A DNA stretch of 64,000 nucleotides from Octopus vulgaris (GCA_951406725.2 OX597824.1:63426001-63490000), one strand, 5' to 3'. Positions 26,151 through 41,485 are shown, counted from the first letter of the stretch. A program made the numbers and translations. Notes: a model not told the origin generated them from the sequence alone.

Positions 26151-27013
26151 ATAGCAGTCCTGGCTTAGGACGAATGTTGCTGTAATTTTCACACAAGGCC
26201 AGCATTTCGAGAGAGACGTGTAAGTCGATTACATTGATCCAGTGTTCAACTGGTACTTATTTTATCGACCCAGAAAGGATGAAAGGCACCACAGCAGAAT
26301 TCGAAGTCAGAAAGTAAAGACGGATGAAATGAGGCTAAGCCTAGTGCTTGGCGCGGTGACGATTCTGCCAGTTCGCCGCGTCAGATTTACATCTAACTAT
26401 TGCGAGTTAATCATAACTAACTTTATTCAAACCCAGTCTCTTGTAGGTGGCCCTTATATAAACAGAAAGTACACGGTTAATGCGAAATTCGGGGCAAACA
26501 CATACGCGTTGGCTTGCAAACATATGCATATATGTAAACTTAAGACAAAATTTACCAAGTCACCCACTCAATAACTTATATGCTGTTACACATACATACA
26601 TTTGCTGGTGCGTATATACATTAAAATAAACAAATATAAAGCATACATATATACCTAGGTATATGCATACTTACATAGACATACATGCGAACATACATCT
26701 ATTCTAGTCATAGACATATATGTGTACGCATGCATACATTTAAGTATTTTAGTGTACATAGAGAGAGAAACATTTTTTTAAATCTATTGACAGCATTCAG
26801 GTTTCTGTTACCTGCTTAAGCAATACCATATATCTAGATCGATAATCTTGCGGTTGTTTTCGCCACATATTTCAATACTTTTCTAATGTTATTGTAATCC
26901 AGACGATCAATCGATAAATCGGTGGTATAACAACTTATTGATTTAAAATCAAGTACGGCCACAATCTCTATCATCTTGTTTTTCCTTCATTCTTTTACCC
27001 CTCTTCCTATTTT

Positions 27014-27158
27014 TTCTTCTTCTTCTTTTCTTCTTCTTCTTCTTCTTCTTCTTCTTCTTCTTCTTCTTCTTCTTCTTCTTCTTCTTCTTCTTCTCCTCCT
27101 CCTTCTTCTTCTTCTTCTTCTTCTTCTCCTTCTTCTTCTTTTTCTTCTTCTTCTTCTT
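27014..27158. repeat. (TTC)n microsatellite
   Basis: Direct reading. Confidence 0.95.
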
Positions 27159-29096
27159 AATTTTTGTTCCTTTTAAAGATTTTACTAAGTCTTATCTTTC
27201 ACTTTTGCCAAATGTTCCTGTTATTTTGAAAGTTTTGTTTGAAATGAGACGTAAAGTTAAATATACGTACAAATTCACATGCCGTTAAATAAGTTAGGTT
27301 TATAAGCATTTAATTGATTATGCATACATATGTGCTTGTGTGTGCATCTGTGTGTCTCTGTCTGTATATATATATATATATGTATATATATGTATATAAA
27401 TGTCTGAATGTATGTATGTGTGTACGTGTGTGTGCGTGTGTGTGTTGTGAGTAAACATATATATATATATATATATATATGCATACAAAAAATAGATATA
27501 TTGATAGATATGCACGAGTATATATTGATATGAATACGTATGTTTGTTGTGCCTGTGTCTGTAAGCATGCAAATATGTATATAACTTTCAGGAAGCCATT
27601 AAATATGGAAACTTTTGGAAACTTTCACAGTATAAACTTCGATAAAACGTTATCATGTCAATAAAATGTAGTCCACCGACTCGACTAAACTATAAAACAT
27701 CAATCCAGCAAAGAAACCACTACATGGTTACTCAACCTTTTACATACACCAGTTAAATCTTCTTCAAATCACACCATATGTGTTCTGTTGATTTCATTGA
27801 AGTATGCATAAAACAGCACGATGAGAATATACGTTACATGGTTAATCAACGTTTTACTTGTCGCTGCAAGATCTCCCTCTAATCTTATCAGAATTTGAAA
27901 CGGGAAAGATACTTTGAGTAAAGTGATTCTATATGTACAGCATGTGGAAAAAGATGAGTGAAGAGGTGTGGAAGAAATACCATTTCATCAAAGATGTTCT
28001 CAATTGGGGCTGATGCGCGAATCAATAACATCAGCATCCAGAATAGCAAAAAAGAGCAAGAAAGGATGAAAAAACAAATCTGATACAGTAAAAGTTGTTC
28101 TTGTCAACTTTACACGAAATATACAGCATGGACCTTCCTTCGTTAAAGGTACAGCTCCAAAACACTATTAGTCGTTCTAAGGACTACCTCAGTCTCAACA
28201 CCATGCTCCTCCCAATAAAATCCTGTACATAAACAACACTAATAACAATGCTTCTATAATATATAAATATCTACTCCAGTATATTATAGTTTGTGCATTA
28301 ACATTCGCAAGGTGCATTGTTAGATCTCAAATGATCGACAAAGGCCAGGAAATGTCTGGTGCTTTCTGGAAGATTAAACGACTCATGTTTTGTTAGAAAT
28401 AGAATATTTCAACCAAGTACATTACTTATAAACATTTTCTCGGCATTAGAATAGGTGTAGGACATTGTGTTGTCAGAGAGCAGAAAACATAATGGATGAT
28501 CACTAAAGCTTCAATGTAATGTCATTATATAACTCCTCGAATCTTTGGTAATTTGCTTAAAACTTTAACACATAGGTGTCTAGTGTTTAATCTGCGCAAA
28601 AGAAATAGAAGATAAATGAGGCAGTCATAGAGATTATGAATAATTCTAACTACAGACCACAATTAGTTTCTGATGGATGAAAATAATTCGCAGATTGTTT
28701 TTCTTGTTTTTGTTATTTTGGAAAACACAGAGAGGGGAATATTCTAAAATATTATTCCAAGAAAGAGCTGATGTGATAGCCGAAGAAACCTCTAATCCAC
28801 TCTATTATCATAACGAAAAACTAGAACCAATGAGAGGGAATTTATAAAGTCTGATGACAAGAAAATGAAGTTAAATCACCCTCAACTTATATCATACCAC
28901 CTGACATAAAAAAGAAACGCACGAAATAATATAGTGATGCGTATAAAGGATAAGCATTACTGGAACGGTGTAGATTAAAGTCCTGTTCCATCAAATTTGG
29001 ATTATATTACAAATAACAACATTACAAAGAAACGCAGAAAGTGTTCAAAGTTTGTCAAATCTTAGATTTCTTTCAGTAGAAACTCATATACATACA

Positions 29097-29186
<90 letters not shown>

Positions 29187-29208
29187 TTATTATCATTCTT
29201 ATTATTGT

Positions 29209-29266
<58 letters not shown>

Positions 29267-30359
29267 TTAAGTGCATATGCTAATGTATATGCTTTGTGTA
29301 TGTAGGGGAGTATATAACTCTAATATCCCTGGTGTCAAAACACTTTAGAATTATCGACGGGCGAGAAAAAACTCACCTTCAGTTCTACAAGGGAGTGATG
29401 GACATCGATGTTTCACCATTTTTGTGACTTGTCAGCATCACATACCCACTTGGATTGAAGGCGAATCACCTAGCCAGTCGAACGACTTATATAATCATGG
29501 CTTGTAAAATCTTGAGCTGGTATACTCAGAAATTGCATACCTAAGGAAAAATTTGCATGTGAACTAAAAGCAGCTCTAATATGATAGATATCATTAAATA
29601 TATATGTATATGTTTTGTGTATTTCCCGGTGGCTGCAATGGCGTAGCGGAGTATACACCTCACATGTCGCCGGTGTTAAAACACCTTAGAGTCATAGACA
29701 GGCGAGATAACTCACCTTCAATCCCTCAGATGCTGATAGATTTGTAATAAAAAAAAATCTTTGAATAGTGTCGCGAAGACTAGTCTAGTGGTGATGAAAA
29801 TACGTATACGAAATTTACAGTAAATTTGATCAAATATTTGAGTCTGTCAACCTAACGAGATGAAATGTTTAAACAATAACATTTTGTCGAGTGCGGTTGA
29901 AAGACCAACAAACCAGATGTGGTTGAGTGTATATGTAACTCTCATTTAGTGTTTAATTCATTTGTATCAAAACTTCAATACTGATGTATATTTGCTATTA
30001 TACTCACATATATACATACATACATACATACATACATACATACTTACATACATGAAGCTACATCATATACATTTATGTATGCGCGACCGAGTGTGTGTAT
30101 GTGTTTGTAAGTCGGTAAGATTCGTTGTGTGTATTTGCATGTGTGTGCGGTTTTTTTCTGATTTTGCTTATCACCATTTGACAACGGTCTTTAGGATAAA
30201 CTTAGATGTTCAGCAAAATCTCTCATAGCATTATTACCAGACTATGAAATAAGTACCAGATCGACATTATTGACTAAACCGCGTGAATCGGAGTCACAAC
30301 AAGAACGCAGCCAAATGACCACCACAAACAAAATAATAAAAAATATACAATATATATAA

Positions 30360-30790
30360 GGGCAGGTGTGGCTGTATGGTACGAAGTTTGCTTTCCAACC
30401 ACATAGTTTCAAGTTCAGTCACACTGCGTGGCACCTTGAGCAAGTGTCTTCTATTACACAGCTTGGGGCCGACTAGAGCCTTGTGATTCGATTTGGTGGA
30501 CGGTAACTAAAAGAAGCCCGTCGTATATATATATATAGATATATATATATGGGTGTGTGTGTGTGTCCATGAGTGTGATTCGTTGTGTCTACGTTCGAAC
30601 CCCATTGCCGATTGACAACCGATTGTGTTTACGTTCCCGTAACATAGCGGCAAAAGCGACAGAGTGTATAAGTACTAGGCTTCAGAAATAAGTCCTGGGG
30701 TCGATTTGTTCAACTGAAACCTTTCAAGGCGGTTCAAAAGTATGGTCGCAGTCAATTGACCCAAAGAAATAAAAGAATAAAAGAATAAAA
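30360..30790 (+). mobile_element. SINE family A, near full length
   Basis: GGCAGGTGTGGCTGTATGGT..GTTCAGTC..GGCACCTTGAGCAAGTGTCTTCT..internal (TA)/(TG)..AAGTCCTGGGGTCGATTTG..(AAAAGAAT)n tail. Other copies near 11200-11495, 25040-25330, 43345-43545, 44640-45212, 60530-60850, 61344-61490, 62170-62335. Confidence 0.9.
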
Positions 30791-31449
30791 GGTGATGCCT
30801 GAACATGGCCACAGTTCAATGCCTAAAACAAACGAAAAGTAAAGATATTAACATAAGAGTATGTGGGTGTGTTTTTGTATCTGTATGTATTTTGTGGGGC
30901 ACATATGCGTGTACCTATATATATATGGCAATCCGGAAGTATAGAAGATAAACAAGAAAAAAATGTTGATTGGATTAAGTGGTTTCGCCTGTGGATTGTT
31001 CACGAATAAGCGCAGAATGTGTGAACACTTTAAGCGGATGCTGTAACTAATAAATTGAATAATTACTCTACGTAACACATAGAGCTCGATTTTACTTTGT
31101 TTATAGAGATATTCTGTTCATGTATGAGCACATGTGTGTGAACGCATATGAATCTATATGAGTCAATAATACATGTATTTAGGTGTGTGTGTGTGCAAAT
31201 ACGCAAGTATATTTCACGATAATGCGTTGGATTTCTGTGTGTAATACTTATAAGTTTTCCCTGTTCATTCAATATAAAATTTATCTAAAAGCAGTTAGAG
31301 AAGTACCTGCTTCACGGAAGAGATCATTTTGTTTTCTCTTCTTTTTTTTTTGTTTGTTTGTTTGTTTGTTTTTCATTTTCAAGGGAATAAAATGTTTCTG
31401 AATATTTATATTTATTTTATATTAGTATTTCTTTAATGTGTTATGTGCA

Positions 31450-31493
<44 letters not shown>

Positions 31494-31570
31494 CATACAT
31501 ATATTTATATATGTATATACATACATACATACATATATATATACATACATATATTTATATATGTATATAC

Positions 31571-31618
<48 letters not shown>

Positions 31619-31689
31619 TTATGTATATGTCCAAATGTCCATATATATATGCCTGCACATGGTTATAAAAATATATTAGCGTGTGTATA

Positions 31690-31728
<39 letters not shown>

Positions 31729-32194
31729 ATATTTATATATACATACACACATATACACAATGGTATGTGTTTGTGCGTACGTGTCTGTATACATGTATTT
31801 GCTGTTCACATCTTGTTTTAATCTATGTTCTCATTTTGAAGGAACGTATTTTGCTTCTTCTCACTATCTTCTGATAGTATCCATAATTGATGTTTGCTGA
31901 ATAACCAGTTTTCAAAACACCTTATTTTTGTTTTTGATTAGTTTTAGCAGTTTTATTTCACGGTATTTCTGTTTGTTTTTTTTTTCAACGAATACTCCAA
32001 TGGAAAACAACTCCTATCTATTCCTTTACTCCAGTGCTTTCATTAAAGCAAGCAACTTCCTTTCTTCCATTTTATTCTTAGATTAGTTTATACGTGCGAG
32101 AGAATTTTGAACTACCGTACCCTACCTTTTTACAATATGTTAATTACACGATAAAATTAAATGAGCTATGAATCAACTTTTATCTCTTCTATTA

Positions 32195-32267
<73 letters not shown>

Positions 32268-32426
32268 GTTGTTGTTATTGTTATTATCATCATCATTATC
32301 TATGTACACATATTAATAAGGAATAATTAAAAAAGAGTATCTTTATCTTTTTTTTTTGTAAATATATTTTAATATCGTTTGATGATAAAAAATAGTTTAC
32401 AAAATAATCCACGAAATTTGATTATA

Positions 32427-32644
32427 CGATGGGGTGTTGAACATTTCCTACCTTGGGGTAAAAGAAAATACAGGCAGATAAGTTAATTACGATTTTATTT
32501 TACATATTTCATTCTCAGATTCACACAATTATTGCAGGACTGCTTTAGTTTTCCTAAGCCCTGTAAAAGAACCCAGAAAGGTTAGGCCCCCGGGAAGGCC
32601 TTTCGCGACACCCTTAAATGTAGGAACGCTTCAGTACCCCTTCG
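32427..32644. mobile_element. Mariner-derived MITE (218 bp)
   Basis: TA-flanked TIRs CGATGGGGTGTTGAACATTTCCTAC / GTAGGAACGCTTCAGTACCCCTTCG. Confidence 0.8.
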
Positions 32645-33475
32645 TATATGAATGTTTTAAGGAAGCTCAGTTCGTCCTTTGATTTCAGTATGCGGGATAA
32701 ATTTAAGTCAAGATTAATTCTTTTCTCTCTGTGGCTTATAACAGTACGTCATTATATTATCAATAGTTAAAAACTAGGTTCTTCCTCCAGGCGTCTATCG
32801 TGTTTCAGTGAAGTGTTAACTATTTTCATAAATGTGACCCTATCTCATATGTCCCTTTTCGATGGAGCACCGCTGTAAAGCATGGATCTGGTCACCAAAA
32901 CGATTCCAAAAAAAATGTAAAACAGAAAGTAAAAAAGGATAACAAACAAGAATCAAAACAGTAAATGGTTGGTATTTTAATTAATGATCTCAGAAGGAAG
33001 AAAAGCTGAGTTGCCTTCGACAGGCTTGGATCCAAGAACAAAAGTCTTAAATATTATTCGTCCGACGTTTTGATGATTGTACAAATCGAAGCACCTCTTT
33101 TAGAAACGTTAGAAACATATTGCGGGCCACAATTGGCTGTATTGATAGGAAAACAATGTTCACCCACTTCGGGGTATGATCTCTCAAAACAGCAAAAGAG
33201 TTCTTTCAAAACATAATATCTGTTCAAAATTTGAGAGATGAATTATTGGTACATTGTACGCACGGACGCCAAATTGACTTAGTTACTCACATGTTTCTAA
33301 ACACTAGTCTAAGGATACACTACAATGTCCATAAATATTTCGGATATTTTCCTTTTATTTAGTCATAGAGAATAACTTCTAAAGTGTAAGCATCTATATG
33401 CGCAATACAGTAAATCGCCCCCTTACGGGTTCGAATATGACTCAAGCATATCTGAACTGGTAACAAGTTTGTAAT

Positions 33476-33520
<45 letters not shown>

Positions 33521-33557
33521 TGGAATAGATACATACATACATACATACATACATACA

Positions 33558-33591
<34 letters not shown>

Positions 33592-33786
33592 CATACATAC
33601 ATGCATACATAATGCATACATAAATATACAAGGTGTTTCATAGTAATGAGAACATTTTACACGCAAGTGACTAGGGACATAACGAAGCATGGTCGCGTAC
33701 CCACGATCATGTAAATTGAAAAATGTATCCCAACATTATAGGACGCCATATACATACAAACATACATATATATATCTATATCTATA

Positions 33787-33960
<174 letters not shown>

Positions 33961-34089
33961 CATATATCAGCAAACCAACTTCGGAATTTTAAGAAAACAT
34001 ACCTCAATGTTAACAAATACGATACAGAAATAGATTAATAAAATTAAACGTTTTGCAACGTAATTCATCGTTGTATGCCAAATGGCTCA

Positions 34090-34870
34090 AATCAAGATAC
34101 AATTACTCTCTTTAAATGTTCCGTAGTTGGCCGTTGAAATAGATCGATGTTGGTTACAAGCCAAACATAACGAGTATAATTGTCTCTTAAAGTGGACGCT
34201 CATTGCTTTATTTCCTTTCACATGAGTGTGTAGGCTACTCAAACAATAAATGGTTATCGAACATGAACAAATATAGATTTGTGTAAAAGATATACTTTTA
34301 CGTCTTACAGAACTTTTCTCTGTTGCTCTTATGATATTCATGATGGCCACATATACTCGTTATTGGCCTCCTAAAACAGAGAACAGCTATTCGTATCGGG
34401 AAAATTTATGTTTTATGTTGCATGTTTTTTGTTGCTTATTTTGTGCTGTCTTTAAGGGCGATGTTGTATCTGAACTTATAACAATAGATTGACGCCATTC
34501 TGTTAAATTTACCTATGTTGAGGATATTGATGAACTGTACATTTATTTTGTAAGACAGCTGAAATCTCTAGTGCTAATGACAGTTCTGAAACGTGTAAGA
34601 TGTTGACACAGAAAGTTCAGTTTTAACATCTGTCAGTGAACATTGGCACCCAATCTACTAGGGAACTTTCGGAGATGTACAGAGACAACCACGGGATGTA
34701 AGAGGGATATGTCTGTGCGTACAGGATGCCTGGTTGGACAGTGTGTGCAAGTAGCTACTTCCGAGTAGCCAGTTGTAGTAGCAATAGCAGATACACAGAA
34801 CAAAGGAGATGCTTGTCAGTGGATCAGTGACTGAAATGTGTAGAAAATGAATCATTGACAATCAGTTGAG
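34090..34870 (-). mobile_element. Very decayed Penelope-like element (RT thumb to endonuclease)
   Basis: IHFLHISVT..YYNWLLGSSYLHTLSNQ..RHIP weakly resembles FLDISV..YYKPTDSHSYLHY.SSHP..IP. Weak similarity only. Confidence 0.4.
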
Positions 34871-35765
34871 TGACATTATTTTGATGTGGTTTAAAATATT
34901 TACCCACAGAAACAATTAAACAGAGGTAAGCGACTATGAACTAAATGTCATCTGCATGAACACTGTTCATTCTTATTTGAGTCCTTCCTAAAAGCATGTG
35001 ACTCTTACAAAGGTGTAAGGCAAATTCTGTTTAAAATTTTAAAACTTTTTGACAGCTGTTTAGTTGTATTTTGAAATTAGTGATATTTTTGTCTTGTACA
35101 GATCTTTCCCTTCATATGTAGTGCTATAGTAAGTGAAACTAGATGGAAAGATTATACACCGATAATTCCAGACCTGATTCTAAAATCCTAGCGATCAGTT
35201 ATGAACATTTTAAAGCGATCGGACTTACTCTACCATACTGACTCACTTAACGAATTACTTTCTACTACAGTAATTGCAATTTCTATTTTGTGAATTATTC
35301 TGCTTCTGATTTAGTAAAGCCTGCACAAAGGAGGTGTCTCTGAATACTGCATACTTTCTTAATACTTTCTTAAGACATGAATTGTAGTTTGAGAGAAAGC
35401 TGGCAGCTACTTCTAGCCCGTCAGCGGTTCTCTCTTTGGCTAATAAACTTCCTTTGTCGTACGTTACCTATAAAAATGGCGTGTGACCAAAAAGAATGCG
35501 TAAGCCTGATGGACTCATATCAGACAGATATAGGTTCTCATTTCATTTCACAACGATTCTCTTAATTTTTTTATTATTTAAGAATGAATCGTCCACAGAA
35601 AGTCGACGTCACCGTCAATATTCACGTATTACAGTTATTTTTACATATAATCAATCACTTGCAATATGCCTAATATTACACATCAAATTAATCCAGTGAC
35701 ATATTGATTCGGTTTCAACATAGAATAAGTAATAATGATACTACAACAACAACAACAACAACAAC

Positions 35766-35826
<61 letters not shown>

Positions 35827-37489
35827 GTGATGATCTTAGTTTCGAATTCTGTTATAAGTCCTGCAATTTTGAGAGAAGTGGGCAAGTCAATTGCATCAAC
35901 TTCAATACTCGACCAGTACTCATTTTATCGACCCCCTAAAGCAGTAATGGCAAAGTCCACCTCGACAGAATTGGAGCTTTGCATGTTAAGATCTGGAAGA
36001 AATTCCGCGAAGTATTTCGTCTGACGCGAAGACGATTCTGTAAGCTTGTTTCAAATTTTTGTACAAGGCCAGTACTTTTAGCTGGAGGGCTGATGTCGAC
36101 TTCATCGACCCTAATGCCTAACAAGTACTTATTTTATTGATCCGTAGGGAATGAAAAACAAAACCAACCACGGTGGAATTTAAACTCGTAACATACAGAG
36201 CCAGAAGAAATGCCGGTTATTATTGATTCCATCGACAAATCGTTGCCGCTTTACGAAAACAACTGAGAATAATATTCAACTGTTCATTTTGATATTATAT
36301 TTAGTGTTAAAAATAAAAATACAAGTGTACTTATGTGTTTTAAGCGCAGACATGGTTTGTGGTTAAATGATTAACTTCGTTTTTATATGGCTTTGGTTCG
36401 ATCCCACTACAGGTCAGTCATTGCACGTCTCGTCTACTATAACTGCTGGCTGATCAAAGACGTTTCTTTGTAGAAAATAGTAAATCTGTCAGACGGAATA
36501 TTATTGTACTCTCGTAGTAAGCTTAATCCGTCGGAGGGATCATCCTCTTCTTGAGCGCTGGGCTATTATTGTTATTTTTGTTTCTGCTGTAGCTGCTGTT
36601 GTTGTTTACCCGCCAGCCAGCACTTAACGAGAATACATTTGATCACTGATCCCATCGTTTATTCAGACATTATACCTAGAACAATTTTATTCAGGCTGTA
36701 ATTCCATATTCATGACACTAGAATGCGGTTTGAAAGATGTCTGGCTGTTATTTTCAGCACGCCAAGCTACTACATAGCGTGTGAGCTTCCGTTTGGCTGA
36801 ACAGTGAGATATTTTAATGGACAACCAGGAGTGAACTCAAAGGTTTATGCACAAATCACTTTCGATTCTTTTCTGAAATAATTTCCCAATTGAGTGTCAA
36901 ACTTTCATTTTACTTGAGAAAGCAAAAGAGAAATTAATGGTGCTGGATCGTTTCGCAAGAGTTTTAACATAATAAAGCCATTCATCTCCCACCAAATTCC
37001 AGTTGCCAACAGTTGTAAAAGAATAACACTTCAGATATATAATTCAAGAGGAATGCGAATGGGTTGAAGTAATACATTTCCAGGAACACGCATGCCCAAT
37101 GTCTCACTCAATTCCTCTTTGTGTTTTAGACGTATAAACTTTTCTTGACATTTGGTTAGTGATAACTACAGAGTGAATTGCGTGATTGTAAACTTATGCT
37201 TGAATTCTGAAGTAGATTTCTTATATTGTATCACTCATGCTTGCAGACAATGATCAGATCTGCCAACAGGATCAATAATTTGATGTCTCTTGAGGAAAAA
37301 ATAACTCTAGAATAATTGATGTGAGTGATACACTTACTTTATTACATTTAATATGATGAAAGAGGAAGTTGGTCTGACTGAATATCGACTGATATGATTA
37401 CATTTGTTAGAAATATTAAGTAGAAACGACATCTGCTTTTACCGCTATAAGCAACACAGCATCTAGTTAACCAGCAACGAGGCTTCTGT

Positions 37490-37860
37490 ACGCTAGAAAT
37501 AGCAGAAAATAGTTATCAATTCATACCCATCTGGTTTTTAAAATATCACAGTTAATATAGTCATAGATATAGTGCCTAGAATAAAAAGCAGAATAATTAA
37601 CGGTAGAATAGCCATTCCCTATAGCTCTGCTAGTTAAAGTCTCAACTAGTTCAATTATCAGCAATACGGTGTTTAGCTAACCTGGAAAGGAGCTGAAAGT
37701 ATGAGAGAAATCGTTTGCAATTCACACCTGTTTTAAAGAAAGGAAGAACGTATTTGATAACGTAGTCATAGATATAGTGCCTAGAGTAAAAACACAATGT
37801 CTACGGTAGAAATGCCATGTGTCATACACCTTCTTATTAATGACTCGACAGGGTTTAAAC
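37490..37860 (+). repeat. Two tandem diverged copies of an old interspersed repeat (period about 204 bp)
   Basis: TAGTCATAGATATAGTGCCTAGA.TAAAAA..ACGGTAGAA..GCCAT at about 37558 and 37763. Confidence 0.75.
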
Positions 37861-39779
37861 AACACTAACAACGCTGCAACTATTATTACTATACTTTTCA
37901 ATATTATATAATATATTGTATGTTACTAAAGTTAGCACAGTATGGCCAAATGTTTAAGAAATTCTGTTCACAACCACGAGGTCTAGGGTTAGATTACACC
38001 TTGAACAGATACAGTGAAAATAGACAGAAACTACATATAAGCCTGTCGGTTGCATTGTACCAGTACTTCCAGATGTACAGCCTTGTCACACACTATATTA
38101 CACTATATCACGCTGATTCTGCTTCAGAATCATACAAGCGATGCACATGAGTGGAACCACCAACGTTTTTCACATTAAGTGACAGGTCATTCACTAAATT
38201 AAATAACTGATTCCTAAATATCGAGTTTCGGAAATTTATCAGCACTAATATTACAAAGAGCTAGAACGCAGGTGATTGTACAAAACCCTCGAAACAAGGA
38301 ATGAAATAATAAAAATAATGATACTTTGTTTATTCATCAGAAGCATACATTCATTCAAAGTGTATTATTCAAAAGGAACCACAGGGAATGCAAACATGTT
38401 AGATCAGGTTCACAGATTCAATCAGGTTCTATCGGGTTCAGTCAGATAATGTTCAATGTTATCCACACTAAATTCCGACGGAACCACGTTGAGTAGATCA
38501 GAGCATCTTCTGAATCTATCCACATCCAATATTCCAGTCACCTTCTCAACTGAATTCTCTGGATTTTTCTTTAAGCATCTTCAGGTTTAGGTGACCCATG
38601 AAATCTCTTTCGCGTTGTTTTGTAGATTTCGTTTGTTATATGTACATTTGTTTTGTTGTTTTTACCAACTGTCTGCTTATTTTTGTGTTCAATGTGTAGT
38701 TGTAAACAGAAATACGAACATATTAATATCAGGAAAAGAATAAACAGGTGGTATCAAGTACTCAATAGGGAATCTGTTCTCCCAATTACGATGATATTGT
38801 AATATTATAAATGCCAAAATATCGCTGTATAAATATAGTTTCAGAGGGAAGTTCACTAAAACTGTTTAGATTTAGTTTGCTGTGGTTCAAACTGATTTCT
38901 TTTATTTTTCATATTTATTTATTTATTTATTTATGTGCGTTATAATTATTCTACAAGTAAAGCAGAACTCAGTAACCGATCAACAACAAAAAGCTGTTCA
39001 TGTTTAATAATGGAGATAACTGTCTCCAAACTTTTAATTCGGGATGCACAATAAAATATATAATTTTAGCACGAAACATTTTCTTAAGCAGTTGGGTGCT
39101 AAGTTATACGAATGATGCAACAATCCATAGAGAAGGATTACTTTTCAATGAAGACTTTGCTCTTTTTAAGGGTATCAATATCACGTTTGAGGTTAGGTAG
39201 GTGTTTAACTTGGGGCTCACTTGTGAATGCTTTTCCTATTAACATAATGGCTTCTCGTTTAGGTACAAGGCCAACATATTTGAGAGGGGTTGGGAATGAT
39301 AGTCGATACCATCCATCCCAGTATCTGACTGCTACATATTTTATCGACTACTTAGAGACAAAAGTCCAAGATGACCAGATTGGATTTGAACTTACAGCAA
39401 AAAAAAAAATGGAATAAATATGACGGGGAATTTCTTCTGACTAACGATTTTTCCAATCTAACAGACTTCTCTTTTGCATTTTCATAAAGCATTTGCTATA
39501 AAATTTAAAACATAAAGATATAGGCGTATGTGTGTGTATGTGTTTGTACATGTATGCTTGCGTATGTAAGTGAATGTTGTGCGTATAAGTGTGAGTGGGC
39601 GCGCGCGCGTATGTGTGTGGATTAGCTTTCGGGTATTATTTCAACAATAATTATTAATTATGAAAATTAATGAGTACTGTCAAAGATTTCTGTCTTAGTA
39701 TGAAAGTATTTATGAAGAACTGTGTTGCCATGTATATGGATGTGTCTTTAGACGTTATAATGAGTAGTTAACAACTCTA

Positions 39780-40075
39780 TAGGAAGCCCGAAAATTAAAA
39801 AAAAAATACATGTACCTCAATAAATATTCTAAGATACGTTTATAAAATTAGAAAATGCACTTTGTAATGTAACCATTGATAAACCGCCAAGAAAATTAAA
39901 ATCTCAATATGATTTCGTTTATTCTTGAATGTCACATGTAATATAAGTGGATACATTTTAGAGCATATTGATAAAGATTTCATAGAAAGAAAAAAAAGGA
40001 TTTTGATTAATAGAAATATTGTTAAAATTAGTTGTAAATGTACAACTAATATTAAATTATTTAACTTCTAAATGT
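39780..40075 (+). mobile_element. Penelope-like element linker fragment
   Basis: LNVTCNISGYILEHIDKDF..LINRNIVKISCKCTTNIK matches NV.TNIG..FL.LIDKHF..IFNRNTVKVSYSC..N. Confidence 0.7.
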
Positions 40076-40687
40076 TAAATGGTTTAACTTCTAAAATGCA
40101 ATTACGTGCAGATTATACAGCGAGTAATTCTTTGAATACTGAGATATACCTCTTGAACAGTTACACTTGATCATATTTAGTCATTTACTTTGAACAAAAA
40201 CCTACATGAGCATGAAAGTAACTTCAAACATGGTTTCTCGAGCTATATATACAATTTATGCATGAATTTTAGGCGCAGGATTTCCATCTACATGCTTTTG
40301 GTTCAGCCCCACTGCGTGGCATCTTGAACAAGTTACGATAGCCTCGGGCCGAGCAAAGCGTTGTGAGTGTATTTTATTGACAGAAACTGATAGAAGCCCA
40401 GTTTCTTACCACACAGCCACGCCTATATACAGGTATATTAATATAACTATATATAAATGTATATAAGTAGGGTATAAAAATACTACTTGCTAGAAATAAG
40501 AGCTAACAGACCCAAACCACCAATTTCTCACTATTAAAATACACGCGGCGGATGTAAATAGGCTTACCTTGTATGAACTACAGAAGGTTTTGTAGTGTTA
40601 GCTCTTATTTCTAACAAGTGGTATTCTCATGACCCACTTAATTTATTTGTATATTTTACCTATATAACAATAAACTTGCTGACAACT

Positions 40688-40820
<133 letters not shown>

Positions 40821-41374
40821 GTGAGAGAGCAGTGCATGCCATCAAAGTGACACTGGGGTAAAATATATGAAGCCCAGTATACCCATCATGACTACCCGCC
40901 TGATAAGGGTACACCAAGCACATGCATCACAACCATATGTGCGCGACATGGAGATCTCATATCAAGATAAACAGCACATGACCTTGCAGGTGGTGCCCAG
41001 TTAGAATTTTCTTCTGGTCGAGCAACCAATCCCGCTCAAAAGGTCCCTGAATAAGGATTATTTAAGGATGTTCAACGAACCACCCATGTTTCCAGAGGTG
41101 AAATATCCAAACCTCTAAGAATTCCTTTCAACATACGGCTATGATGCTCCCTCACTACTTCTGCTTGGGATCAGAGATGAACATATTGTCAGCCACCAAG
41201 GGACATGCTCAACTTGTTATGGTAAAAAAAAACTGACAAGCAAATATGTGGTATTGAGCAGAATATTTGCTGTAGCCCATCTTTTATACCAAGACAAAAC
41301 AATACACATGATAACCTTCCAATCTGTTAAGATGAGAAGTCACGAGAGCAACTGACTGGTACTGCATCAAGGCA
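40821..41374. mobile_element. 554-bp non-coding element inserted within (TTA)n
   Basis: More GC-rich block sharply bounded by TTA repeats on both sides, no recognisable ORF. Confidence 0.6.
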
Positions 41375-41390
41375 TTTATTACTATTATTA

Positions 41391-41484
<94 letters not shown>

Positions 41485-41485
<1 letters not shown>

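Noticed and set aside
28090-28560. Possible ancient LINE RT remnant on minus
   Set aside because: Motif similarity too weak to support
38440-38600. Possible CR1 C-terminal remnant on minus (DVDRFRRCSDLLNVVPSE)
   Set aside because: Single short degenerate match
39000-39200. 66-aa ORF with a possible AG/GT-bounded exon 39069-39191
   Set aside because: Poor polypyrimidine tract and unrecognised peptide; expected by chance
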